Assembly: GCA_951812325.1 (NCBI GenBank)
Contig: OX638294.1
Span: forward strand, 1,278,859 to 1,342,858
DNA length: 64,000 nt
Reading direction: 5' to 3'
From: an uncultured Thermoanaerobaculia bacterium
Lineage (GTDB): Bacteria; Acidobacteriota; Thermoanaerobaculia; Multivoradales; Multivoraceae
The position numbers were made by a program, and so were the translations under genes. This document shows, piece by piece, positions 46,823-57,485 of the stretch. How positions within the stretch are numbered: position 1 is the first letter of the stretch; every line of letters starts with the position of its first letter. Under the pieces are notes generated by a model. The model ran no database searches and was not told the DNA's origin. It saw only the letters and a program-made list of their open reading frames with translations.

Positions 46823-48436
46823 ATGTCGACTATCGCAAACACCCGCCTCGGCACAGCCGGGGCTCTGGCGGCCCTCGCACTGACGCTGGCCTGCAGCGCC
46901 GGCGAGTCGGTCGAGCCCCTGACTCCGACGGTGGCGACGGAACCCGGAGTCGTCGAAGGAACCCGGCTCGACTCGGGAATCCTCGCGTTCAGGGGCATTC
47001 CCTACGCCGCCCCTCCGGTCGGCGAGCTGCGTTGGCAAGCGCCCCGACCTGTCCCGGCCTGGGAAGGATCCCGCGACGCGACCGGATTCTCCCCGACCTG
47101 CTGGCAACCGCTGTCACCGCCGGGCTCCTTCTACGCCTCCGGCCAGATCGAGCGCAGCGAAGACTGCCTCTACCTGAACGTCTGGACCGGCGCGGACCAC
47201 GCTGAAGCCGCCCTTCCCGTCATGGTCTGGATACACGGCGGAGGTCTCCGGACGGGCGCCGGCAGCACGGTGCTCTACGACGGCGAGAGTCTGGCCAGCC
47301 GCGGTGTCGTCCTGGTGACGATCAACTACCGGCTCGGACCGATGGGCTTTCTCGCTCATCCGGAATTGTCGGCCGAGAACGAAGCGGGAGTGTCGGGAAA
47401 CTACGGCATCCTCGACCAGATCGCGGCACTGCGGTGGGTGCAGGCGAACATCGCCGGCTTCGGCGGCGACCCCGCCCGGGTGACGATCTTCGGCGAGTCC
47501 GCCGGTTCCTGGAGTGTGAACTACCTGACCGCGACCCCTCTCGCGGCAGGCCTCTTCCAGCGCGCGATCGGCCACAGCGGCGGCATCTTCTGGCCCATGC
47601 CGAAGCTCGCTGACGCGGAATCCGAAGGCGCCGGCGTGGCCGAGCGGCTCGGCGCCAGCGACCTGGCAGCGATGCGGGCGGCCTCCGTCGAGGAAGTCTA
47701 TCGGGCGGCCAACGAGTCCGAAGCGATCCAGTTCGTCGGCTTGAACGACGGTCACGTGTTCCCGCGCGACATCTACGACCTGTTCGCTGCCGGCGAGCAG
47801 AACGACGTGGACACGATCGTCGGCTTCAACAGCGACGAAGGCACGGCGCTGTTCGCCGGCGCCGGCGGCACGACGATCGACGGGTACCGCGAGACTCTCG
47901 CCGCGACCTACGGTGACCACGCGGACGCGATGTTCGCGGTCTATCCGGCCGCCAGCGACGAGGAGGCTCACGAAGCGGCCTACCAGAACCAGGCCGACCG
48001 CTTCTTCGCGTGGCAGATGCGAACCTGGGCCCGGCTGCAGAGCAGCACCGGCTCCAGACCTGTCCGCATGTACTTCTTCTCCCGCGTCCCGCCCTGGGAC
48101 GAAGCCGACCAGTACGGCTCGTACCACGCGGCCGAGATCATCTACGCCTTCGACAACCTCCGGAAGAGCGGCGAGACCCGTGACGAGATCGGTCCCTTCA
48201 ATCACGCATGGGACGACACCGACCGGGCGCTCGCCAGCACGATGGCGGACTACTGGGTGAACTTCGCCGGCACCGGCGACCCGAACGGCGACAGCCTGCC
48301 CCACTGGCCGGTCTACGACCCGGACGCCGACGGAGTGCTCGAACTGGGAGACGAGATCGGCGTCATCCAGGGACTCCTGAAGGACCGCCTGGACACGTTC
48401 GACGCCTACTACGAAGACCTGCGCAGCGACGGCTGA
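46823..48436 (+). CDS. Type-B carboxylesterase/lipase family protein (para-nitrobenzyl esterase-like), secreted/lipoprotein
   Basis: Signal peptide with LTLAC lipobox-like site, EDCLYLNVW, VMVWIHGGGL oxyanion hole, GESAGS nucleophile elbow. Confidence 0.9.
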   Translation: MSTIANTRLGTAGALAALALTLACSAGESVEPLTPTVATEPGVVEGTRLDSGILAFRGIPYAAPPVGELRWQAPRPVPAWEGSRDATGFSPTCWQPLSPPGSFYASGQIERSEDCLYLNVWTGADHAEAALPVMVWIHGGGLRTGAGSTVLYDGESLASRGVVLVTINYRLGPMGFLAHPELSAENEAGVSGNYGILDQIAALRWVQANIAGFGGDPARVTIFGESAGSWSVNYLTATPLAAGLFQRAIGHSGGIFWPMPKLADAESEGAGVAERLGASDLAAMRAASVEEVYRAANESEAIQFVGLNDGHVFPRDIYDLFAAGEQNDVDTIVGFNSDEGTALFAGAGGTTIDGYRETLAATYGDHADAMFAVYPAASDEEAHEAAYQNQADRFFAWQMRTWARLQSSTGSRPVRMYFFSRVPPWDEADQYGSYHAAEIIYAFDNLRKSGETRDEIGPFNHAWDDTDRALASTMADYWVNFAGTGDPNGDSLPHWPVYDPDADGVLELGDEIGVIQGLLKDRLDTFDAYYEDLRSDG

Positions 48437-48744
48437 AGGCGAGCGGACGAGTCGGGAACGACACCACGCCACGGGCCTGACGGCTCCGCCCGCCCGGGCG
48501 CCGCCGTCGGTCGCTGTTGGCGGCGTTCCCGCTCGAAGGCGGCGAGCCGGGCCTCCCGATTCATCGCGTCGGGATGGCCGAGAAGAGCCGAAACTCCGGT
48601 GTCGCCGCCCCCCGGCGTGCTGTTTGTGCTAGCGTTCCGCTTCCATGGCAGTGGGTGCAGAGCTCACGCAGCGAACCAGGATGCGCCTGTAGTTCTCGAG
48701 CGTTGATTGATGTGGAACCCCGAAGCCGAGACCAGGAGCAGCAG

Positions 48745-49008
48745 ATGGCAGTGAGAATCTACGTGGGCAACCTGCCCTTCGACACAACGGAAGAGGCGGT
48801 GCGCAACCTTTTTTCCTCACACGGCGACGTTTCCGAAGTTTCGCTGATCAACGACCGCGAGACAGGACGCCCCCGGGGTTTCGGGTTCGTGGAGATGGCG
48901 AGCGGCGGACAGGAGGCGATCGCAGCATTGGATCAGCAGCAGTTCGGCGGCCGAACTCTCCGCGTCAACGAGGCGAGACCTCGCGAGGAGCGCCGGCCCC
49001 GCTGGTAG
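48745..49008 (+). CDS. RRM-domain RNA-binding protein (87 aa)
   Basis: MAVRIYVGNLPFDTTEEAVRNLF (RNP2), RPRGFGFVEM (RNP1). AGGAG SD 7 nt upstream of ATG 48745. Confidence 0.85.
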   Translation: MAVRIYVGNLPFDTTEEAVRNLFSSHGDVSEVSLINDRETGRPRGFGFVEMASGGQEAIAALDQQQFGGRTLRVNEARPREERRPRW

Positions 49009-49030
49009 CAGCTACGCCAGATCACTGAGG

Positions 49031-49068
49031 CCGCGCCACACCGAGGGTGTGGCGCGTCGCCTCGCTTT
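49031..49068 (+). terminator. Rho-independent terminator-like hairpin after the RRM protein gene (11-bp GC-rich stem CGCGCCACACC/GGTGTGGCGCG, GAG loop, followed by a TTTT run)
   Basis: Read directly at 49031-49055, with CGCTTTTCGG at 49059-49068. Confidence 0.6.
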
Positions 49069-49347
49069 TCGGTGCGCCGCCTCGCCTTTGGTGCGCCATC
49101 GGCGCGCCGGGGGCGTCGCTACTAACCTTGGTGTCCTGACTCACCGGGTTGATCTGCGGTACCCGGCGTGCGGTACCCGGCGTGGCGCCCCATCGGGGAA
49201 CCACTCGGGAACCTGGCTCTCGCGGGGCGCTGTGCCGCCTCTGCGGGGCGGCGCCGTCGCCACTTCCCGGTTGGGTGCGGCGCCGCCGGCCACCCGCGTG
49301 CGTGCCCTGCCCGCATCGCTTGCGTGCGCCTGCCCGCTCCGGGTGCG

Positions 49348-50076
49348 CTACATCACCGGGTTGAAGACCTGCGTCACGGCAAGATCGGGCTGGGGCGAAG
49401 CCCTCAGTTCGAGGATCTGGTCCCGGACGCCGCCCTTCGTCATCTCGAAGGAGGCGTTCACCCGCTCCGGCGCGTCCCAGAGCACCACCGCGAATTCCCC
49501 GTTCTTCTCGACGACGCCGGTCGCCGAGAAGGAGCCGTCGCCTGAGGTGAACAGGGCCTCGCCTCCCCCCTTGACCGGCTTGCCCCGCTTGTTCTCGACC
49601 CGGCCGACAAGCACGGTGCGAACGCCCTTGGCCTCCATCGACTCGCCCTCCCGGAAAAGGATCGGGAAGACCTGCTGTGCGCCGTCCCGCTGGACCGCGA
49701 CACGGGCAACGACCGACCGATAGCCCTCGCGCTCGAAGGTGATGCGAAGCACGATCCCCTCATAGTCGTCGCGACTGAGGACCCGTCCCATGTTCCGCAG
49801 CAGGTAGGTGCCGGTCTTGCGTCCCTTGGCGCGCAGCCTGGGCGCCGGCATGTTGTCGTTCTGGTACCAGATGTCCACATCCGACATCGGGTTGCCGCTC
49901 GAATCGAGGATCGTGCCGAGCACGCGCGTGTTGTCCCGGCCGCCCACCGCGCCCGTGACATCGCCGCCACGAAGGTCGGCGCCCACGTTGGCCGCGCCCG
50001 GGTCCTGCCCCAGCGTCGGGCCGGCGATGAACAGCGTCGGAACGAGCAGCATCCCAAACAGGCCCTTCTTGATCAT
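49348..50076 (-). CDS. Secreted hypothetical protein with carboxypeptidase-regulatory-like beta-sandwich domain (242 aa from ATG 50074-50076)
   Basis: MIKKGLFGMLLVPTLFIAGPTLGQ signal peptide. GGAGG SD 8 nt upstream. GTILDSSGNPMSDVDIW resembles CarbopepD_reg-like domains. Confidence 0.55.
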   Translation of the reverse strand: MIKKGLFGMLLVPTLFIAGPTLGQDPGAANVGADLRGGDVTGAVGGRDNTRVLGTILDSSGNPMSDVDIWYQNDNMPAPRLRAKGRKTGTYLLRNMGRVLSRDDYEGIVLRITFEREGYRSVVARVAVQRDGAQQVFPILFREGESMEAKGVRTVLVGRVENKRGKPVKGGGEALFTSGDGSFSATGVVEKNGEFAVVLWDAPERVNASFEMTKGGVRDQILELRASPQPDLAVTQVFNPVM

Positions 50077-50310
50077 TGCGTAGCACCTCCGAGGCAGGTT
50101 TCCGATGTCCACGGGAATGAGCCGTGCAGCTTATCAGCACCATTCCGGTACGCCGGGAGCCAGGCGCCGGCCGTCGCGCAGCAGGCGGCGCGGCGCGAGG
50201 TCCCGGTCAGGTGGAGGCTCGCTTCCGCGGCTGCGGAGCAGCCTGCGCCAGGTGCGCCGCCGACCTGCCCGCCGGTGCGCGGCGGCTTCCGGCGGCGTTA
50301 GGATGACCCG

Positions 50311-51765
50311 ATGCCGGCACCCGAACCCGATCCGGCTGCGTGGCCGCGGCCGCGGCAGATGCTGGCAGTGGCCGCGATCGGCATCGCGGCGGCACTGCTC
50401 GTTCTGCGCTGGACGACGCCGGCAGAGCCCGCCGGGATGGCGCACAGTCCTGCCGCCCCCGCGCCGCCGGCCCTGCCACCAAGATCGGAGCCGACGCCCG
50501 TCGCTCCACTCCCGACCCGGCTCAGCGAGGCGCTCGATCTGATGGCGGACGGCAGACTGCGCGAGGCCCAGCGCCTGATGGTGGATTTCCGTCGCGGACC
50601 GGACGCCGCGGCGCTGCCCCCCGAGCACCGCGAGACGATGGCGGCCGTGCTCGCCAGGCTCGCCGACGACCCGGTTCTCGCGGCCGCGCTGGAACTGGAG
50701 AGGGGCTTCGCCGATGCGGACCTGAAGCGCCTGCGACTCACTCTCGGTTCTCTCACGCGCCAGCAGATGATCGCCCTGCGGCGCGATCCGCAGGCAGCTC
50801 GCCGGATCGACGACGCACGCCGTCTGGCAGCCGAAGTCGATGCGATCGAAGCCCGACTCGGCAGCGACCGGTTGGCGGCCCTGCGTCTGGCCCAGGATTT
50901 CCGGCGCCGTCACCCCCGGTTTGCCGCCGCCCTCGACTTCGAACGCCGGGCCGTCACTGCGATCGACGAAACGGCCGGGCGCCTGATCGCGGCGAATCGC
51001 CTCGACGAGGCCAGGGCTCTGCTGCTGGAACTCAAGCTTCTACGTCCCGGCGACGCGGCTGAGAGCCCCCGCGTCGAGGCCAGGCTGGCAGCCATCGACG
51101 AGGTGTTCAAGCGGCGCAACGATCTCGAGGCCACGGTCCGGGAGCTCGAGATCCTGGGTTGGGAACGGCCGCACGAGGCGCTGGACCTTCTGGCCGGCAT
51201 GGAGCGCACCGCGGCGAACCGGGACCGTTTCGCCCAGCTGGAGTCCACCCTGACCATGTTGATGGAGGACCTCGACGCGAGCGGACCCGAAGTCGAGGTC
51301 CTGGTCCCGGAGCGACCGGAGGCAACCGCGGGCGTCTACGAACGTGACGAGGACGTCGTCGTTCGGGTCCGCGCCAGTGACGACTACGAAGTGGTCACGG
51401 TGCGGTTCCTCTGGCGCTGGTTCGATCGGGATGCCGCCGGCGAGGTCGTCGAGGCGCCGCTCAGGGCGGCCGCCCGGATACCCTCGTCGGAAGCGGCGGC
51501 AGCAATCCCGTCGGGTGCAACCGGTCCGCGCTCGGGGGCAGCTGCCGGGGCGCCCTCGGCGGAGGCGACAGGCACGGTCGGCACGCAGCCGGCCCCGCTC
51601 GAGCTGGAGGCCAGGATCACCGTCGCCCAGCACCAGGGAAGGAACCTGCAGTTCTGGGCCGAGGCGGTCGACCGCGGCGGGCGCACGGCAAGAAGCGACG
51701 AGATTGAGCTCCGGCCGGAGCGACGCGGTTTTCTGCGCCGCCTCGGCCTCCGCCGCAACCGGTGA
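50311..51765 (+). CDS. Hypothetical membrane-anchored protein (484 aa), unknown function
   Basis: N-terminal TM helix MLAVAAIGIAAALLVL, Arg/Ala/Leu-rich helical repeats, consistent GC3 codon bias. No recognisable family. Confidence 0.5.
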   Translation: MPAPEPDPAAWPRPRQMLAVAAIGIAAALLVLRWTTPAEPAGMAHSPAAPAPPALPPRSEPTPVAPLPTRLSEALDLMADGRLREAQRLMVDFRRGPDAAALPPEHRETMAAVLARLADDPVLAAALELERGFADADLKRLRLTLGSLTRQQMIALRRDPQAARRIDDARRLAAEVDAIEARLGSDRLAALRLAQDFRRRHPRFAAALDFERRAVTAIDETAGRLIAANRLDEARALLLELKLLRPGDAAESPRVEARLAAIDEVFKRRNDLEATVRELEILGWERPHEALDLLAGMERTAANRDRFAQLESTLTMLMEDLDASGPEVEVLVPERPEATAGVYERDEDVVVRVRASDDYEVVTVRFLWRWFDRDAAGEVVEAPLRAAARIPSSEAAAAIPSGATGPRSGAAAGAPSAEATGTVGTQPAPLELEARITVAQHQGRNLQFWAEAVDRGGRTARSDEIELRPERRGFLRRLGLRRNR

Positions 51766-52008
51766 CTCCCGCTGCCGGGACAACCCGGATCGCGCTTCCA
51801 CCCATCTCTGAATCGTGCGCCCGATGACTCGCACCCGCCCGCCGCGCAGCCTCGTCGCGCCCTGCCGGACGGGCGCCTGACCAGCTGCCGGCCGAAGAGG
51901 AAGCCCACTGGGCCGCCACCGTCAAGGCGCAAACGCGCGATCGGCGCCAAACGGTGCGACACGGACGGCTTCCGGGGACTGCTCAGCGGCAGCCCCTCGG
52001 ACGCTGGT

Positions 52009-53274
52009 ATGCTCGCGCCCGTGGCCGACGGAACCAGGACGGGAGAGGATCTCGATGAGCCGGCTGCCCTGGCGGGAATCCCGCAACATCCGGTCGAGAC
52101 GACGGACCGGGATTTCCGCGGTCTCGGCCTCGAACCGGCGATTCTCGAAGTAGTCGCCCGCATCGGTTTCGAGCACCCGACGCCAATCCAGGCTGCGGTG
52201 ATTCCGGACGCCGTCGCCGGTACGGATCTGATCGGTCTGGCCGAAACCGGCTCGGGCAAGACGGCCGCCTTCGTGCTGCCGATCGTGCAGCGCCTGGGAC
52301 GCGGCAACGGCGTGCGGGCGTTGATCGTCTCTCCCACCCGCGAGATCGCCCTGCAGACGAAGGCCTTCCTGGACCTGTTCCGGAAGAGTCGACTGCGCGT
52401 GAACTCCGCCTGTCTGATCGGCGGCGTGAAGATCGGCCCCCAGTTCGACCAGCTCCGCAGCGACCCCGACGTGCTCGTGGTCACGCCGGGACGGTTGCTC
52501 GACCACGTGGAGCGCGGTACGGCGAGCCTGAGCGGAGTCGAGGAGCTGGTCCTGGACGAGGCCGACCACATGCTGGACCTCGGATTCATGCCCCAGATCC
52601 AGCGCATCGTGAACCAACTGCCGAAGAAGCGGCACACGATGCTCTTCTCAGCCACCATGCCGCCGCCGATCGAGCGGCTGGCGCAGCGCTACATGAACGA
52701 TCCGGTCCGCATGGACCTGTCGCCGAAGGGCGCCGCATCGGGGATTGAACATCGCCTCTACCTGGTCGACGAGAGGGACAAGAAGAGCTGCGCCCTGGCC
52801 CTTCTCGACACGGTGCCCGGCTCGACCCTGGTGTTCACCAAGCGCAGATCCGACGCCGAGTGGCTCTGCAGGGTTCTGGAGCGCGGAGAGCACAGCGTCG
52901 CGCGCATCCACTCCGACCGCTCGCAGAGCCACCGGGTCGCGGCTCTCGAGAGCTTCCGGGCCGGGCGGCACCGCATCCTGGTGGCCACGAACATCGCGGC
53001 CCGCGGCATCGATGTCCAGGGCATCGAGCACATCCTGAACTACGACCTCCCCGACACGCCCGAGGACTACATCCACCGCGCCGGGCGCACCGCCCGCGGC
53101 GCCGCCGAAGGCGTCGTGTCGTCCATCGGCACCTGGCTCGACAAGTCGCTCGTCAGGCAGATCGAGACCGCGCTCGGACACCCCCTGCCCCGATGCGAGG
53201 CGGACGGAGTGGCCCCCTACCGCGAAATGCGTTCCCTCCAGGAACGCCGCAAGCGTTCGCCGCTGCGCCGGTAG
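52009..53274 (+). CDS. DEAD-box ATP-dependent RNA helicase (RhlE-like)
   Basis: PTPIQAAVIP (Q motif/Ia), AETGSGKTAAF (I), DEADHMLD (II), SAT (III), HRAGRTARG (VI). Confidence 0.85.
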   Translation: MLAPVADGTRTGEDLDEPAALAGIPQHPVETTDRDFRGLGLEPAILEVVARIGFEHPTPIQAAVIPDAVAGTDLIGLAETGSGKTAAFVLPIVQRLGRGNGVRALIVSPTREIALQTKAFLDLFRKSRLRVNSACLIGGVKIGPQFDQLRSDPDVLVVTPGRLLDHVERGTASLSGVEELVLDEADHMLDLGFMPQIQRIVNQLPKKRHTMLFSATMPPPIERLAQRYMNDPVRMDLSPKGAASGIEHRLYLVDERDKKSCALALLDTVPGSTLVFTKRRSDAEWLCRVLERGEHSVARIHSDRSQSHRVAALESFRAGRHRILVATNIAARGIDVQGIEHILNYDLPDTPEDYIHRAGRTARGAAEGVVSSIGTWLDKSLVRQIETALGHPLPRCEADGVAPYREMRSLQERRKRSPLRR

Positions 53275-53384
53275 AGAGCCGCCCAACCCGTCGCAGACTC
53301 CGTGTTCGGCCCCGGCCCCCACCTCACCGGGACCTCGCGCCGCCGCGCCCGCCCGGCTGCGCTCGGCGGCGCAGGCTCCCGGCC

Positions 53385-55010
53385 GTGATTCCCATCCCGG
53401 ACCTCCTCAACCGGGAGCCCTTCCTCGGCATCGACGAGAAGGCCCTGTCCGACCTGCTGGGTCTCGCCATTCTCGGTCGCGAGATCGGCACCGAGTTCCA
53501 CGATCTGATGGCGGAGGCCGAAGTCACGCCTGAAGCCGCCTGGCGGCCGGAGTTCTTCGAAGACGATCTGTTCGTCGACCGCCTGATCGACGAGAGTTTC
53601 GAGCTGCGCATCGACGGCGTCCACTACCCGATCAACGAGCGTTTTCTGCGCCGCGCCCTGACCGCCGCGCCGACCGACCCGGAGACGACCCTGTTCCGCC
53701 AGCAGGTGCTGCGCGAACTGGACAGCGACGAGAATGTGCTCGCCGCGGCCGAACGTCTCTACCGCGAGCTGTTCGGTCTCCTCTCGCTGCACCGCATGCC
53801 CCGCTACCAGAGCGTCCTCGATACGGCCTCCCACAACCTGGACATCCTCAAGCAGAGCCGACTGGTCATCGACCTGATGCACGACCTCTTCGAGACCGCG
53901 CGCTCCGGACTCCGGCGACTGCACGAAGGCGCCGCCGCGATCCGCGAAACGGAAGAGTACGCGACCCTGGCCGCCCTGCTCGACTACGAAAGTCGGCTCG
54001 CCGAACTGAACCTCGACATCACGGTCGGCGGCGACGGGCGCATCCGCGGCCTCGAGGTGCGGTCGCTCGAGGAGTGTCGCGACAACCCCTTCTGGACCCG
54101 GCCGATCAACCGACTCTGGAGCCGAGTGCGACTCGGCATCGGCGGCCACTCGATGAGCAACCGGGAACTCCTGAACCGCGTCGTCGAGCGGGTCTACGTC
54201 TCCCTGTCGCCCGCCCTGATTCCCCTGGTCCAGATGCTCGGCCAACTGGAGCTGTATCTCGCCGCCCGGGCTCTTAGGGACCGCGCCGCCGAACGCGGCC
54301 TGTCGATGTGCATTCCCGAGATCAGGCCGGATCACGACGGCGGCCCCGCCCTCGAGTGCGAAGACCTGTTCAACCCGCTGCTGTTGAGCCAGGAGCAGGC
54401 GCCCGTGCCGTGTACCGTGCGAACGGCCGGCAGAGTGCCGATCACGGTAGTCACCGGACCCAACTCGGGCGGCAAGACACGGTTGATCCAGGCCATCGCG
54501 CTGGCTCAACTGCTGGGCCAGTCCGGCCTCTACGCACCGTGCAGACGCGCGCGGCTGCGCGTTCAGCAGGGTCTGTTCGTGTCCCTGATCGAGCGCGAGA
54601 GCGCGGATCAGGTCGAGGGCCGCCTGGGGCGTGAACTCGTGCGGATCAGGACCCTGTTCGAGGAGATGGAGCATGGCTCGATGGTGGTCCTCGACGAACT
54701 GTGCTCGGGCACCAACCCCTCGGAGGGCATCGAGGTCTTCACCCTGGTGCTCCAGCTCCTCCGGCGGGTCCAGCCCGTGGCCTACGTGACCACCCACTTC
54801 CTGGACCACGCCCGCGCTCTCCAGGACAACCACGCGGAACTGGGGCTCGAGTTCCTCCAGGTGCAACTCGACGATGAGCGCCGGAGCACCTATCAGTTCG
54901 TCGAAGGCGTCGCCCGCACCTCCCTGGCCGCCCTCACCGCGGAACGGCTCGGCGTCACCTTCGAGAACCTGTCGGCCGCCGTGGACGATCGGCAGGCCGT
55001 GGCCGGTTAG
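53385..55010 (+). CDS. MutS-related ABC ATPase domain protein lacking the mismatch-recognition domains (~541 aa, start tentative GTG 53385)
   Basis: TGPNSGGKTRLIQAIALAQLLGQSGLYAP (MutS Walker A region), MVVLDELCSGTNPSEG (Walker B), TTHF. N-terminal 300 aa is unique helical sequence. Confidence 0.6.
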   Translation: MIPIPDLLNREPFLGIDEKALSDLLGLAILGREIGTEFHDLMAEAEVTPEAAWRPEFFEDDLFVDRLIDESFELRIDGVHYPINERFLRRALTAAPTDPETTLFRQQVLRELDSDENVLAAAERLYRELFGLLSLHRMPRYQSVLDTASHNLDILKQSRLVIDLMHDLFETARSGLRRLHEGAAAIRETEEYATLAALLDYESRLAELNLDITVGGDGRIRGLEVRSLEECRDNPFWTRPINRLWSRVRLGIGGHSMSNRELLNRVVERVYVSLSPALIPLVQMLGQLELYLAARALRDRAAERGLSMCIPEIRPDHDGGPALECEDLFNPLLLSQEQAPVPCTVRTAGRVPITVVTGPNSGGKTRLIQAIALAQLLGQSGLYAPCRRARLRVQQGLFVSLIERESADQVEGRLGRELVRIRTLFEEMEHGSMVVLDELCSGTNPSEGIEVFTLVLQLLRRVQPVAYVTTHFLDHARALQDNHAELGLEFLQVQLDDERRSTYQFVEGVARTSLAALTAERLGVTFENLSAAVDDRQAVAG

Positions 55011-55131
55011 CGCTGGCACGGTACGCCCGGCGCGGGCAGGATGCCGCGAACGTCTGTCGCCGCGGCCCGGGTGCAACCCCTGCCGGTGCAGGGTGTATTG
55101 TCGAACCCGCTCAAGACAAGGAGGATCCGAA

Positions 55132-55881
55132 TTGGACATCTTCGTCGCCGAACTGGTCGGCACCGCGCTCTTGATCATCCTCGGCGATGGCGTGGTCGCC
55201 AACGTCGTGCTCGCCCGCACGAAGGGGAACGACAGCGGCTGGATCGTCATCGCGACGGGCTGGGGTCTGGCCGTCGCGCTCGCGGTCTACTGCGTCGGCC
55301 GGATCAGCGGCGCTCACATCAACCCGGCGGTGAGCACCGGGTTGTGGGCCATCGGCGAACTCGACGCCGCCCTGCTGCCGACCTACATCGGCGCTCAGAT
55401 GCTCGGCGCCTTCCTCGGCGCGGTCGTCGTCTGGCTCACCTACCGCCCGCACTGGAGCGCCACCTCCGACCAGGCGGCCAAGCTGGGCGTGTTCTGCACG
55501 GCGCCGGAGATCCCCGGGCGCCGCGGCGCGAACTTCATCACCGAGGTGGTGGGCGCCGCGGTGCTGGTGTTCGGCGTGCTCGCGATAGCCGCCAACGCCT
55601 CGGAGCTCTCAGGCGGCGGAATCGACCTTTCGGCCGTCTTCGCCACCGGCATCAACCCGTTGCTGGTCGGTTTCCTGGTCTGGGCGATCGGCCTGTCCCT
55701 GGGCGGCCCCACGGGCTACGCGATCAACCCGGCACGCGACCTCGGACCGCGCATCGCCCATGCCGTGCTGCCGATCCCCGGCAAGGGCGGCTCCGACTGG
55801 GGCTACGCGTGGGTACCGATCCTGGGTCCGTTGACCGGGGGCATCCTCGGCGCGCTGGCCTTCCAGGGCCTCGGCTGGTAA
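55132..55881 (+). CDS. glpF: Aquaglyceroporin GlpF (MIP family), TTG start after AAGGAGGA SD
   Basis: Two NPA boxes (HINPAVS, AINPARD), six TM helices. Confidence 0.85.
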   Translation: MDIFVAELVGTALLIILGDGVVANVVLARTKGNDSGWIVIATGWGLAVALAVYCVGRISGAHINPAVSTGLWAIGELDAALLPTYIGAQMLGAFLGAVVVWLTYRPHWSATSDQAAKLGVFCTAPEIPGRRGANFITEVVGAAVLVFGVLAIAANASELSGGGIDLSAVFATGINPLLVGFLVWAIGLSLGGPTGYAINPARDLGPRIAHAVLPIPGKGGSDWGYAWVPILGPLTGGILGALAFQGLGW

Positions 55882-55896
55882 GCGGGCCGCAGTCAG

Positions 55897-57384
55897 ATGA
55901 GCTACATCCTCGCCCTGGACCAGGGCACCACCTCCAGCCGCACCATCCTGTTCGAGCGCCGGGGAACCGCCGCTTCCTCCGCCCAGGAAGAATTCCCGCA
56001 GCTCTACCCCTCCCCCGGCCATGTCGAGCACGATCCGGAGGCGATCTGGAGCACCCAGCTCGCCACGGCGCGCGCCGCCATCCGGAAGGCCGGTGCGGAG
56101 GCCTCGGACCTCGAAGCGATCGGCATCGCCAACCAGCGCGAGACCGTCGTGCTCTGGGAGCGCGACAGCGGCAAGCCGGTCGCCAACGCGATCGTCTGGC
56201 AGAGCCGCATCACCGCGCCGCTCTGCGAGCAGCTCAAGGAGAAGGGCCACGAGGACCTGTTCCGCGCCAGAACCGGCCTCGTGCTCGACCCCTACTTCTC
56301 CGGCACCAAGATCGCCCACCTGCTGGACGAGCACGACCTGCACGCGCGGGCGGCGCGGGGCGAGATCCTGGCCGGCACGATCGACAGCTTCCTGCTCTGG
56401 CGGCTGACCGGCGGCGAGGTCCACGCCACGGATGCGAGCAACGCCTCCCGCACCCTGCTGTTCGACATCCACAAGCTGGACTGGGACGACGAGTTGCTCG
56501 AGATTCTGCGGGTGCCGCGGGCCATGCTGCCCGAGGTCCGGGATTCGAGCGGCGACTTCGGTCACACGGAGGAGAGCCTGTTCGGTCGGCGGATCCCGAT
56601 CGCCGGCATCGCGGGCGACCAGCAGGCTGCGACCTTCGGGCAGGGCTGCTTCGAGCCCGGAACGTGCAAGAACACCTACGGCACCGGCTGCTTCATCCTG
56701 ATGAACACGGGCAGCCGGGCCGTGGCCTCCGACAACGGTCTGCTCTCGACCGTCGGCTGGGTGCTCGACGGGCAGCCCACCTACTGCCTCGAGGGCTCGG
56801 TCTTCGTCGGCGGCGCGGCGGTGCAGTGGTTGCGGGACGGCCTCGGCCTGATCGAGAGTTCCGAGCAGATCGAGAAGCTCGCCGCGAGCGAGGAGGACAG
56901 CGGCGGGGTCTACCTCGTGCCCGCCTTCGTCGGCCTCGGCGCGCCGTACTGGGATCCCTACGCGAGGGGCCTCCTGATCGGCCTGGAGCGGTCCACCACT
57001 GCCGGCCATGTGGCCCGGGCCACAGTCGAATCGATGGCGTATCAGAGCCTCGACGTCGTCCGCGCGATGGAAGCCGACGCTGGCGCCAGCATGACCGGTC
57101 TGCGGGTCGACGGAGGCGCCGCGGTCAACAACGCACTGATGCAGTTCCAGGCCGACCTGCTGGGTACCGGGGTCCAGCGGCCAGTGGTCGGCGAAACGAC
57201 GGCGCTGGGCGCCGCCTACCTGGCCGGCCTGGCGGTCGGCTTCTGGGCCGACCAGGACGACGTGTCCAGGAACTGGGCGCTCGACCGCGAGTTCGAACCG
57301 CGGTCCACGCCGGAAGAGCGCGAACGCCTCGCCGCCGGCTGGCAACGGGCGGTCGAGAGGTCGCGCGGCTGGGCCGAGCCGTAG
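55897..57384 (+). CDS. glpK: Glycerol kinase GlpK
   Basis: [19 protein letters not shown]..., [20 protein letters not shown], full-length FGGY carbohydrate kinase. Directly downstream of glpF. Confidence 0.95.
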   Translation: MSYILALDQGTTSSRTILFERRGTAASSAQEEFPQLYPSPGHVEHDPEAIWSTQLATARAAIRKAGAEASDLEAIGIANQRETVVLWERDSGKPVANAIVWQSRITAPLCEQLKEKGHEDLFRARTGLVLDPYFSGTKIAHLLDEHDLHARAARGEILAGTIDSFLLWRLTGGEVHATDASNASRTLLFDIHKLDWDDELLEILRVPRAMLPEVRDSSGDFGHTEESLFGRRIPIAGIAGDQQAATFGQGCFEPGTCKNTYGTGCFILMNTGSRAVASDNGLLSTVGWVLDGQPTYCLEGSVFVGGAAVQWLRDGLGLIESSEQIEKLAASEEDSGGVYLVPAFVGLGAPYWDPYARGLLIGLERSTTAGHVARATVESMAYQSLDVVRAMEADAGASMTGLRVDGGAAVNNALMQFQADLLGTGVQRPVVGETTALGAAYLAGLAVGFWADQDDVSRNWALDREFEPRSTPEERERLAAGWQRAVERSRGWAEP

Positions 57385-57485
57385 CTGCGGTACGCTCTCG
57401 CTCTTTCGACAATCCCGGACCGGCTTCGTCGCGGGCAGCACCCGGCGGCGCCACAAGAGCACCGGACAAGCGCCCGGAGAACCTG

